32,000 nucleotides of DNA from Candidatus Saccharimonadota bacterium (GTDB lineage Bacteria > Bacteroidota > Bacteroidia > Cytophagales > Amoebophilaceae). The notes under the pieces were generated by a model that had not been told where the DNA came from, searched no databases, and saw only the letters and a program-made list of their open reading frames with translations. The stretch covers positions 240,001-272,000 of the forward strand of contig NZ_CP022339.1 of assembly GCF_003351905.1 (NCBI RefSeq), written 5' to 3'. Numbering within the stretch: the first letter of the stretch is position 1; each line of letters starts with the position of its first letter. This document shows positions 1 to 8,583 of this stretch, in pieces. Position numbers and translations under genes: made by a program.

Positions 1-108
1 GACCGGGTTTCTATCGCAGCCGAACAAGATCGACTTGCTTGGAAAAGTATGGTAGCATACGAAATCAATGAAAGAGAAAGAGAAAGAAAAAGAATTTTAA
101 CAAGATAA
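1..108 (+). CDS. 3' end (35 codons plus TAA) of a paralog of the coiled-coil tra-cluster gene at 14068..15003; the 5' part lies outside the window
   Basis: Frame 1 reads DRVSIAAEQDRLAWKSMVAYEINERERERKRILTR*. This aligns with the C-terminus of 14068..15003 (...VIAAEQDRLAWKSMVTYEIDERERKRNQNR*). Confidence 0.7.
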   Translation, partial: DRVSIAAEQDRLAWKSMVAYEINERERERKRILTR

Positions 109-112
109 AGTT

Positions 113-1750
113 ATGCGTAAGATAGATGCACTGCCTATTGGATATTCAGATGTTGAAAGGGTTATCCGAACAGGCTATTATGTAGATAAAACCCGGTATG
201 CTCAAGAGCTCATAGAAAAACAAAATCCTGTATTTATAGCCCGGCCTCGAAGGTTTGGGAAGTCACTGTTTATCAATACACTGGCTACTATAGCTAGTGG
301 AGAAAAAGAAGTTTTTAAAGATTATCATATAGGTAAGCCAGCAAATGGGTATGAGTGGAGGAAATATCCCGTGATTAAACTGGACCACTCTAGATTGACT
401 AATGACACACCTGAAGCATTACAACTATCTTTAGAAGATTTACTTATACGGATTGCTTCAATATACCAGTTGAAGCTTACTGGACAGGTTCTTAAAACAA
501 AGCTCTCTAATTTGGTTGAAGATATGACTAAATTAGGCAATGATTATGAATCGAAAATAGTATTATTAATAGATGAATACGATGCACCTATTATCCATTT
601 AACCAAAGGTTCTGACCTAGAAAAGGCCAATATCAAAGTCATGAAAGATTTTTTTATGACCTTGAAGTCACTCAATGACTACTTTCAACTCACTTTTATT
701 ACTGGGGTAAGCAAGTTTAGTTTATCTGATGTCTTTTCAGGGGCCAATCATTTAAAAGACATTACCATTGATGCATCTGCTGATGCGATGTTTGGTTATA
801 CGCAGCAAGAAATTATAACCATATTCTCAAACAACTTAGAAGATATTGGTAAAAAATGGAGTATAAAAGAAAATAAAAAGATCACTCCATCAGAAGTAAT
901 GGGAGAGATTGCAACCTATTATAATGGATATAAGTTTTATGAAGATGGAGCAAGTGTATATAACCCCTGGTCTACGCTAAGATTTTTAGACTCTGGTAAA
1001 CTAGAAAACTACTGGTACGAATCCGGTAGCCCGAGTTTACTGATTAACCAGATGTTAGCAGATCCTGATAGGTTTGACCTTCAGGTAGATAACCTACAAA
1101 TAGAGGCCACTAGAGAAGATCTCATGTATACGGGCAGTAGGAGTGAGATTAGTTTAAAGTCTCTCATGTTTCAAACGGGGTATTTAACCATTGATCATTA
1201 TGATGGATCTACTGGTCTATATACGTTAAAATTTCCTAACAAAGAAATCGAAGCCTCTTTTCAGAAAAGCATACAATCCAGTTTGGAAAAGAGTGTAAAA
1301 GATTATTTTTTACAAGAACGGGATAAAATTAGAAAGGCACTAGCTGACAAAAAAATTGAAATGTTTATAGAGCATATCAATACAGCTTTTGCGACATTGC
1401 CTTATTATATAGATACAAAACAGGAAAAACAATACCACAGCAATTTACATATGTTGCTGCAAGGATTGCGATTTTTAGGTGGTAGGAAAATGCATATGCA
1501 TAGTGAATCAGCTTCTAGTCAAGGCAGATCAGATATTGTTTTAGAATTAGAAACGGCTATTTACATTATAGAGATAAAGTATAGATCCAGCGGAAAAATG
1601 GCCTTAGAACAAATCAAAGCCAACGGCTATTATAAACCTTATCTACTCAGACAAAAAGCCATTATACTACTGGGCATTAACTTCAATGAGGAAACCAGGA
1701 TGATAGATAACTGGGCATATGAAATACATGAAGCGCATATAAAACAATAA
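113..1750 (+). CDS. AAA-ATPase-like N-terminal domain plus C-terminal PD-(D/E)XK nuclease-like domain protein (DUF1703-type architecture), paralog 1
   Basis: 545-aa ORF. It has the hallmark ARPRRFGKSLF motif near the N-terminus, LLIDEYD (Walker-B-like), and C-terminal GRSDIVLE...IYIIEIKY (a D...E.K nuclease-like motif). Very similar to 15005..16642 and more distantly to 22467..24305. Confidence 0.85.
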   Translation: MRKIDALPIGYSDVERVIRTGYYVDKTRYAQELIEKQNPVFIARPRRFGKSLFINTLATIASGEKEVFKDYHIGKPANGYEWRKYPVIKLDHSRLTNDTPEALQLSLEDLLIRIASIYQLKLTGQVLKTKLSNLVEDMTKLGNDYESKIVLLIDEYDAPIIHLTKGSDLEKANIKVMKDFFMTLKSLNDYFQLTFITGVSKFSLSDVFSGANHLKDITIDASADAMFGYTQQEIITIFSNNLEDIGKKWSIKENKKITPSEVMGEIATYYNGYKFYEDGASVYNPWSTLRFLDSGKLENYWYESGSPSLLINQMLADPDRFDLQVDNLQIEATREDLMYTGSRSEISLKSLMFQTGYLTIDHYDGSTGLYTLKFPNKEIEASFQKSIQSSLEKSVKDYFLQERDKIRKALADKKIEMFIEHINTAFATLPYYIDTKQEKQYHSNLHMLLQGLRFLGGRKMHMHSESASSQGRSDIVLELETAIYIIEIKYRSSGKMALEQIKANGYYKPYLLRQKAIILLGINFNEETRMIDNWAYEIHEAHIKQ

Positions 1751-1849
1751 ATTTCTTATTGAATCTTATTCAAAGAACATAAGACTACTGCACAAAATAT
1801 AACTGTTTTCTCCCATACAGTTTATATAAAACCTTAGGCTACTTTTTGA

Positions 1850-1883
1850 AAAGTATAGCACACTATACTTTACTACGTAAAGT
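1850..1883. promoter_or_regulatory. Candidate MobV-type oriT (copy A): a 9-bp-stem hairpin with a GTGTG-containing loop on the bottom strand, plus an overlapping alternative hairpin
   Basis: AAAGTATAG-CACA-CTATACTTT (1850..1871) is a perfect 9-bp inverted repeat. The bottom strand reads AAAGTATAGTGTGCTATACTTT. An overlapping ACTTTAC-TAC-GTAAAGT hairpin lies at 1867..1883. The site is ~80 bp upstream of the MobV relaxase start and is conserved in copy B. Confidence 0.55.
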
Positions 1884-1953
1884 GTATCCACACAAACGCT
1901 CTATTCTCCGATTTCGTTAATCTATAATCAAGCAAAAGGGAAAGAAATTCCCC

Positions 1954-2301
1954 ATGATTTATATGCAGCAATATACGATAGAACCCATACAATATGCCGT
2001 ATTACACATCACTAAATATAAAGAAACAGGCAGCATAGGCACACATATAGACAGAAAAAATTTGACTCAAAATGTAGCACACTTTAAAAGCGATATAGAC
2101 CCAGCAATGCGTGAATTATTAGGCCACCATATTGATCATACACGCACGCATCTAAATGAAGAATTATCGCCTCTAAAAAAAGAAAACTTAACAAAAGACA
2201 TTCATAGCAGAATACAATCAGGATACAAAGGTAACAAAGAAATTAGAAAAGATGCCGTTAAAGCCTTAGGTATTATATGTAGTAGTCAAGATTTAATCTG
2301 A
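1954..2301 (+). pseudogene. MobV-family relaxase, 3'-truncated remnant (first ~108 codons only)
   Basis: The N-terminus is almost identical to the 649-aa relaxase at 16847..18796 (MIYMQQYTI.PIQYAVLHITKYKETG.IGTH.DRKN...). Homology ends at 2277, after which 8 unrelated codons run to a stop. Confidence 0.85.
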
Positions 2302-2556
2302 CAGTTGTTCAGTTGTTAACTTTGTACGGATATAAATTATAACTACTACAAACTTGTTAGGTTTAAACTTCATCGGACAGCAGAGGTGTAACAACCTCTA
2401 CGAATCACACAACTATTGACAGAAATTTGGTCGCTTCTTAAGTAATGGCTGGGTGTATCAGTTTGGCGGCTCAAGAGAAATTCTATTCAGTCCTTAATCT
2501 ATTATCATACATTAGTTGAATTTGAATACCAAAAGGATCTTCAATAATGCAATATG

Positions 2557-3906
2557 CGGAAGTGTTCGATGAACTGTGTCAATTCCTAAAAGAGTTATAA
2601 ATTAAATAATTAACGACTAAAGGTTTTTAGACATGGAAGAGCATATGAACAATGATTACGTTGGTTTAGTAGATTATAAAGATTTGGAGGAAAACATTTT
2701 GTCCTCTATCCGTTTAGGTAAGCCATTGACAGGCAAAGGTGGGGCATTAACCCCTCTGATAAAAAAGCTTCTAGAGGCGAGTCTAGAAGGTGAGATGGCC
2801 CATCATTTGTCTAGTGAGAGGATAGTAAATAATCGAAGGAATGGTAAAAGTTGTAAAACTTTTCGTACAAGCTCTGGTTCCTTTGACTTGGTAACCCCTA
2901 GAGATAGAACAGGTAGTTTCGATCCACAAATAGTTAAAAAGCGTCAAACAAATCTTCATCCTGAACTGGAAACCAAGATTTTAAGCATGTTTTCTAGTGG
3001 TATGAGCTATAAGTCTATAGCCGCTCATATTGAAGAAATCTATGATCATAAAGTATCAGCTGCTGAAATATCGGCTATTACAGATAGCTTATTGCCAGTA
3101 ATAAATGAATGGCGTAACCGTCCTCTTCAATCGGTCTACCCCATAGTTTTTATGGATGGTATGTTTTTTAAGGTTAAAGAAGATGGGAAATGTGTAAGTA
3201 AATGTCTGTATACCTTATTAGGCATAGATCAAGAGGGTAAAAAAGAAGTGTTAGGCTTCTATTTATCTGAAAGTGAGGGAGCTAATTTCTGGTTAGGTGT
3301 ACTCAACGAGCTTAAGGCAAGGGGTGTAGAAGATATCCTTATTGCCTGTGTTGATGGACTAAAAAGCTTCCCTGCAGCCATTAATAACGCTTTTCCCAAT
3401 GCACAGGTGCAGGTCTGTGTAGTACACCAGATACGCAATTCCATCAAGTATGTAGCTAGCAAAGATGTAAAACGTTTTTTAACTGATTTAAAGCAAGTAT
3501 ATCAAGCTTCAAATAAGGAAGTTGCAGAACATTATCTATTGGAATTAGAAGAAAAATGGGGAGAAAAGTATCCAATGGTTATCAAATCTTGGCAAAACAA
3601 CTGGGAGCATTTGTCTGGTTACTTTAAATATTCAGATCCTGTCAGAAGGCTAATTTATACGACCAATCCAATAGAAAGCCTCCATAGACAAATTAGACAG
3701 TTTACCAAAACAAAAGGGGCATTTACCAGTGTCAATGCTTTGTATAAATCAGTATATTGCGCTATCAAGAAGATGGAGGATAAATGGACTATGCCGCTCA
3801 GAAACTGGGCACTGACCATATCTCAGATAGACATCTTTTTTCCTGGAAGAGTCAAATCTGAGTTGACGTGAAGCCCGAAACTGACACAGTTAATTGAACA
3901 CTTCCG
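2557..3906 (+). mobile_element. IS256-family insertion sequence, apparently full length (~1.35 kb)
   Basis: Terminal inverted repeats: GGAAGTGTTCGATGAACTGTGTC (2558..2580) versus the reverse complement of 3883..3905, GGAAGTGTTCAATTAACTGTGTC (21/23 match). They enclose a single 412-aa Mutator/IS256-type transposase ORF. The same left end recurs at 24428. No flanking direct repeat is seen. Confidence 0.85.
2633..3871 (+). CDS. IS256-family (Mutator-type) DDE transposase
   Basis: The 412-aa ORF has a length and motif pattern typical of IS256 transposases (...IVFMDGMFFKV..., ...ACVDGLKSFPAAI..., ...TTNPIESLHRQIR...). It lies between the IS inverted repeats. Confidence 0.9.
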   Translation: MEEHMNNDYVGLVDYKDLEENILSSIRLGKPLTGKGGALTPLIKKLLEASLEGEMAHHLSSERIVNNRRNGKSCKTFRTSSGSFDLVTPRDRTGSFDPQIVKKRQTNLHPELETKILSMFSSGMSYKSIAAHIEEIYDHKVSAAEISAITDSLLPVINEWRNRPLQSVYPIVFMDGMFFKVKEDGKCVSKCLYTLLGIDQEGKKEVLGFYLSESEGANFWLGVLNELKARGVEDILIACVDGLKSFPAAINNAFPNAQVQVCVVHQIRNSIKYVASKDVKRFLTDLKQVYQASNKEVAEHYLLELEEKWGEKYPMVIKSWQNNWEHLSGYFKYSDPVRRLIYTTNPIESLHRQIRQFTKTKGAFTSVNALYKSVYCAIKKMEDKWTMPLRNWALTISQIDIFFPGRVKSELT

Positions 3907-3910
3907 TATT

Positions 3911-5761
3911 TTACGAACACCTACCTATTAAAACATCTATCTCTTGGTTTATTTTTTTAAAGTTTTGCTCAATATCGACATGTTCATAAATCTCTTTTAA
4001 ATCCTTTAGTTTTTGATTTTCAAATTTTTTATCAAAACTACTGACCTTCTTTAAATTATATTTAAAGAAGGCTTGATTGCTTTCCACTACCCTTCCAGCA
4101 AACGTTCCCACTTTAAAATCCATAAAATCTTGCGGGGAAAGAATAGATTTTTCCTGTAGATGGGTACCCTCTCCAGCTGTTTCTGTACGACCACTTTGGT
4201 AATGACTAGTTGAGGTAGAAGAAGAAACCACTTTTTTTTCTTTTTTTCCCATCAGATGACTCGCCCAGTCAGCAGAAACCCCTTCTACATTGCCAATAAT
4301 CTTATTGACAAAGGTATCCTGTATACGTTTAGCGCCTATGCTACCGTAGGTATGTTCTAACTGTGCATTAGATTATAGGCAAGCCACTGTGCTGATGCCA
4401 TATTTTCTAGCAGTAGCCGGTAGCTCTGCTAACTCTGGAATAAATAATGTAGGCAACTCATCTATGGCTACAAAACTTTTGATTCTATTATGACCATACA
4501 TAGCTTTAAAGCAAACCGTTAGCAATAGCGAGATAACTGGTGAGAAGGCAGATTTAGCAGATGGATGATTACCTATACATAGGATCGTTGGTTTTGCGCT
4601 ATCATTGATCGTTAAGTCTAAATCATCCCCGCTTAATACCCAAAATAAATCTTTATTTAAAAGTATTTGCAAATTCGTTTTAAAGGTAGCTATGACACCC
4701 ACCAACTGCCCAGCTGTTTTTTCTCCACCCTTAAAAGCATCCAAGATAGAACTAGCGTAACTAGCCGCTTCGTCATCTCTTTCAATCAATTGAAGTATGC
4801 TAGCAATAGGTTTGGTAGCCAGCACCAATACATGCGGTAAGGTACAGCACCTAGGTCTTCTATTGGCCAAAAAAACAATCATCCCTTTTAGCAATGCTTT
4901 GGTACTTAGGTTCCAAAAATCATCTTTTTTATCTGGAGCCAGGTTATGTAATAGTACACTAGTGTATTCCTCCAGGTAAGCCCTGTTTAGAATATATCTT
5001 GGCGCAATAGGGTTGATACGTATACTGAGTCTCAAGGAAGTAAAATTGATGCTATGGAATTGAAATTTAGTAGGATCACAGAACTGTAAGAAACAATTAA
5101 AAGCGAACTTGGTAAGACAGTAGTTAGGATCAGGTGTAGTCGGCCTTCCTTCAAAGTCATAATCATAGATGATGCCAGCATAACCCTTTTTTATTAATGC
5201 GTATACAATAGGCTCCAATATATAGCGTGTTTTGCCACTACCTTGGTTGCCTAAAATGTATATGCCCCTTTGTGGATTATTAATGGGCAATTGTCCATTA
5301 TATGCAGGTAATGTGATACTTTTATCTCTGTTTTGCGTCTTAGTAGGATTGATCAGTTGGAACTGACCCTCATCATTACCAAATGGAATCAGAAAGGTAA
5401 TTAATGCAAATAGCAAGGGATATAACCAGATATGAAAATTTCCTTTTACCCAAAAAATAGGGTAATAGATTAAATAACAACAGACAAGCACTGTCCAACC
5501 TAATATTAACAAACTGTTAAAGTGGCATTTTTGTTTAAGTCTTTCAATCAACCTAATAATTTTATCGTATTGATAGTGGAGTAAGCATAGTACGTATAGG
5601 CTATTAACCATCCAGTTATGTTGCACAGCTATACAATAAGATAAGAATGTAGCCAATGCATCAGGTATAAGTTGTATATCATTTAAATAGAGTAGGTGTA
5701 GGTAAAAAAACAGCTGATAGCCTATCAAAAAAGCAAATACTATAGAAATATTTTGGTTCAT
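3911..5761 (-). pseudogene. Type IV coupling protein (VirD4/TraG/TraD-like ATPase) interrupted by one in-frame TAA at 4373..4375
   Basis: ORFs 4373..5761 and 3911..4252 are in the same frame, and the 117 nt between them has no further stop. There are N-terminal TM helices, Walker A GNQGSGKT and Walker B AIDELP. The read-through is KYGISTVACL*SNAQLEHTYGSIG, so the stop sits where the family has the Q of its Q-S-x-x-Q-L motif. Confidence 0.8.
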
Positions 5762-5821
5762 TCATAAAAATATGAAAAAATAATTTTAAATCTATTGCTT
5801 TTATTAAATTAATTTTGTATA

Positions 5822-6424
5822 ATGCATAAAATTTTTATAAATATGCATCATTTACGTAAAATATTTATGCTACTTTTAATGTTTTGTACTCCTTTACAAG
5901 GTAAAGAAAATTTAGAATATGGAACTAGTTATAGCATTACGCATATAAAAGAAGAGAAAGCGCCTTGTTTAAGGCATACAGAAGGTTGTAGATCTGTAGG
6001 GTTAGCTTGCAATAGAATGCCGCATCATCAGATATGGTATGGTATCTATTACCATAGGCATCTGAATGCATCGCTAGCCTTGCGCTTGAGTGGGGGGATT
6101 TCACTGGTTAAATTTAACTATAAAAACCATATGCGATGGGTCATTGCACCCTCGTTTTTATATACACTTTGTACTATAAATGCCGACCATTACATCAGTT
6201 TGTTTCTAGGGCCTATTGTAGAATATGGCCCTTATAAGGCTATTATTTTTGGATTACCAAATCGGAATGGGTGGGATATCAGAGCAGCCTTAGGAGCCCA
6301 TTATACTTTTTATTTCAATCAAAACTGGGCTATTGGCATAGGAATAGGCCCTTGCATTGGCTTGCTTAAAGATAAAGGAGCGAGCGGTCTATTGGCCAGT
6401 CTTTACTTACAATATAATCTATAA
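5822..6424 (+). CDS. Hypothetical exported protein, possibly a small outer-membrane beta-barrel
   Basis: 200-aa ORF with an N-terminal hydrophobic signal-like segment (IFMLLLMFCTPLQG). It shows alternating aromatic/glycine-rich strand-like segments and the C-terminal residues LYLQYNL. It is the first gene of the plus-strand tra cluster. The true start may be an internal ATG. Confidence 0.5.
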   Translation: MHKIFINMHHLRKIFMLLLMFCTPLQGKENLEYGTSYSITHIKEEKAPCLRHTEGCRSVGLACNRMPHHQIWYGIYYHRHLNASLALRLSGGISLVKFNYKNHMRWVIAPSFLYTLCTINADHYISLFLGPIVEYGPYKAIIFGLPNRNGWDIRAALGAHYTFYFNQNWAIGIGIGPCIGLLKDKGASGLLASLYLQYNL

Positions 6425-6544
6425 AGTAACTGATTGAGTTGTGTAAATAGTACATCAAACTTAATAAATAGCTATAAAAACTCGCCTTAATATAAAAATA
6501 ATAAACAAATCGTAATTGTCAAACATTTCAATAGGTATTCAACG

Positions 6545-7948
6545 ATGCATCCATTTATCTATTTATTCAAACTATTCTTAGTGATCATTTTGACCACTTT
6601 GCAAGCTTGTTTTTTCCATAGGGGAGCTCAACAAAACTTATCGAAGCAGATACCAAGTTATACTGTTTCACTTAGGTCAAATAACCAGAAAGGTTATTTT
6701 GAAGATCAAATGATTCCTATAGATATGTTGTTTGCATCTCAAGATGAAAATATAAAAAACAATGGTATGGGTTTTAGGATTAAAAAGATATCTATAGAAG
6801 GAATCTCAGGCCATTTAGAAACAGAAGATGGAGATCTATTAGGGGATGGATATGATTTTGTCTATAAGGATGATGGCTATCCATTATTTTTTATACCAGC
6901 AGTTGATGAAGATAGTGGCCATTGTACCATTACCTTAGACACCCTATTGATAGATAAGTATGGCAATGAGGCACCTGAATCTACCCATAAATTAGCAACC
7001 TACGGGTTATACATTTGTCACAAAAAAGCTATAAAAAAATCAATCCAAGAAGAAGAAATAAAATGTTCAGAAACTTTAAAGCCATTAAGTGAAGATCATT
7101 CTATTGTTATTAACAATAGTAAACTACGCACCACTACCGTTTCATTAGAAGACAATGGTTATCCATTTCAAGATCCTGGATTTTTTGCCCAGATTTCCTG
7201 CAATAAAAATATTTCTTTAACGGTAGGAGGGAAGCATTTAACAGGCGATGAAGAATGGATTCTAGATACTTGGTATTTTAAAGGCCTGGTAGCAGGTAGC
7301 TTGTATGATGTATCAACTAATCATAAGATTACTACACCATTAAAGTTACAAGTGGGTACTATTTATATAAGCTGCCGAGCAGCTATTGAAAATCTATCTG
7401 GTAGTCCAATAGTAGTTTTAGCTATCATCCATCCAGACGGTCGAAAAAAAGAGATACAAATAGATGTTTCTAGTATCATACTGCCCATATTAGAAGCCAA
7501 ACTAAATAAATATACAACATTACTTTCAGATTTAATTTACACTACAACAGACCCAGATATTAGGGATAAAACCATCAAAGCATCCAAGGAAATTATTGTT
7601 AAGATGGGATACCTACTAGGGAAAGAAGACGAAGAAGAAAAAACAAAAATAGAGTCAATCATTAAGGACTATGACACATTTTTAAAAGAAAACCAAGCTC
7701 GTTTTGAAAATGCTGTACGTGCCTCTGAAATATTATCCGTAGCAAACGCTGCCATAAGGGATAGCGTTGTTTTCGAAGAAAATAAATACATACCTGCTTG
7801 GCGTGAAGAGGACCAAAAAGAAATCACTGAGTTCCTTAATGAAGTGGAGGATAGTCCTGAATTATTTAGCCATTTATCGAAAACTATTGAAAAAATTAGG
7901 GAACAGTTAGAGACTATCGATCTCCATTTCTATAAAGATGATGAATAG
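6545..7948 (+). CDS. Hypothetical lipoprotein with an acidic, coiled-coil-like C-terminus
   Basis: 467-aa ORF with a signal peptide ending in a lipobox-like LTTLQAC. No family recognised. Confidence 0.6.
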   Translation: MHPFIYLFKLFLVIILTTLQACFFHRGAQQNLSKQIPSYTVSLRSNNQKGYFEDQMIPIDMLFASQDENIKNNGMGFRIKKISIEGISGHLETEDGDLLGDGYDFVYKDDGYPLFFIPAVDEDSGHCTITLDTLLIDKYGNEAPESTHKLATYGLYICHKKAIKKSIQEEEIKCSETLKPLSEDHSIVINNSKLRTTTVSLEDNGYPFQDPGFFAQISCNKNISLTVGGKHLTGDEEWILDTWYFKGLVAGSLYDVSTNHKITTPLKLQVGTIYISCRAAIENLSGSPIVVLAIIHPDGRKKEIQIDVSSIILPILEAKLNKYTTLLSDLIYTTTDPDIRDKTIKASKEIIVKMGYLLGKEDEEEKTKIESIIKDYDTFLKENQARFENAVRASEILSVANAAIRDSVVFEENKYIPAWREEDQKEITEFLNEVEDSPELFSHLSKTIEKIREQLETIDLHFYKDDE

Positions 7949-8041
7949 CTGTCTATATCAAGGAGGTTTGTCGTCTTGAAAAGGACTAAAAAAGATGTAA
8001 GCATCACTTACATATGATCAACTCTAAAACATTAATCATCT

Positions 8042-8275
8042 ATGGCATTACACGACAACTTAGAAGAATTAAAAGACTGGGCTAGTAGTATAACCAATAC
8101 CATATTTATTATTGCGGCCACCGTTACAGGCTTGATGGTAGCAGCTAAATTCATCAATAGCAGGGATAAAAAGGAAGCGATGAGTTATGCGATTTGGTGG
8201 ATAGTAGGCATTTTCTTTTTCTTTGTCTGCTCTTCTATCATTTCAGAGATTATGGATATGTTTGGTAATCAATGA
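8042..8275 (+). CDS. Small two-TM protein, TraE-like (VirB2-like position) of Bacteroidota conjugative elements
   Basis: 77 aa with two hydrophobic helices. It lies immediately upstream of, and overlaps by ATGA, the next small membrane gene and the VirB4 gene, as in the CTnDOT-type traE-traF-traG order. Confidence 0.55.
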   Translation: MALHDNLEELKDWASSITNTIFIIAATVTGLMVAAKFINSRDKKEAMSYAIWWIVGIFFFFVCSSIISEIMDMFGNQ

Positions 8276-8583
8276 TGATCGTTAATAAAAGCATAGAAAA
8301 AAGAGGGATGATAGGCCCTCTTTACACCCATGAAGCATTGCTACTGGTACTCTTTAGCATGATTACTCTCTTTGGGCTAATGGTTTTAAATAAAATCTTT
8401 AAGATCAGTAAGCTATGGATGCTAACTTGTCCTGCTTTATTTTTTCTGCTATTGATACTACTCAGATATATGAGAAAAAATAAAAACCCTACCTACTTGT
8501 TTTCTTGGATGGCTTTTCATTTCAAGCAACCTAAGTATATAAACGCAAAAAACAGCAAGCTGTGTTACAAGAAAAATATATAG
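8272..8583 (+). CDS. Small membrane protein, TraF-like (VirB3-like position)
   Basis: 103 aa with two TM helices. Its start overlaps the upstream stop (ATGA) and its end overlaps the VirB4-like gene. Confidence 0.5.
   Translation: MMIVNKSIEKRGMIGPLYTHEALLLVLFSMITLFGLMVLNKIFKISKLWMLTCPALFFLLLILLRYMRKNKNPTYLFSWMAFHFKQPKYINAKNSKLCYKKNI

Larger units (their letters stand above)
1..2277 (+). repeat. Copy A of a segmental duplication of at least 2.27 kb (partner 14902..17170); it extends past the left window edge
   Basis: Collinear DNA similarity from position 1 (=14902) to 2277 (=17170). It covers the coiled-coil gene tail, the AAA/PD-(D/E)XK gene, the intergenic hairpin region and the first ~108 codons of the relaxase. 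Similarity stops abruptly after ggtattata (2277/17170). Confidence 0.9.

Noticed and set aside
325-540. Short ORFs from the track that lie antisense or out of frame inside long, well-supported genes: 325..540, 3259..3462, 4797..4979, 9944..10132, 11008..11223, 11566..11787, 14181..14534, 15436..15639, 19146..19352, 19371..19559, 24543..24737 and 29682..29906.
   Set aside because: Each is fully embedded in a much longer ORF with recognisable family motifs. They have no motifs of their own, and such shadow ORFs are expected by chance.
2278-2350. A 9-bp inverted repeat, TGTAGTAGT...ACTACTACA, that might delimit a ~73-bp MITE at the relaxase breakpoint.
   Set aside because: It is short and occurs once in the window. 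There is no target duplication and no second copy to support mobility. It is mentioned only as part of the unassigned 279-bp filler.
4373-4375. The in-frame TAA in the coupling-protein gene might reflect an alternative genetic code or programmed readthrough.
   Set aside because: TAA terminates many clearly complete genes in this window (for example 113..1750, 16642 and the IS3 fragment), so stop-codon reassignment is not supported. A nonsense mutation or sequencing error is the simplest reading. Low-level readthrough cannot be excluded.
5810-5817. TAATTTTG matches the Bacteroidota -7 promoter consensus TAnnTTTG, upstream of the first tra-cluster gene.
   Set aside because: It lies only ~5 nt from the annotated ATG at 5822, too close to act as its promoter unless the true start is a downstream ATG. 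Such AT-rich octamers are also frequent by chance here.
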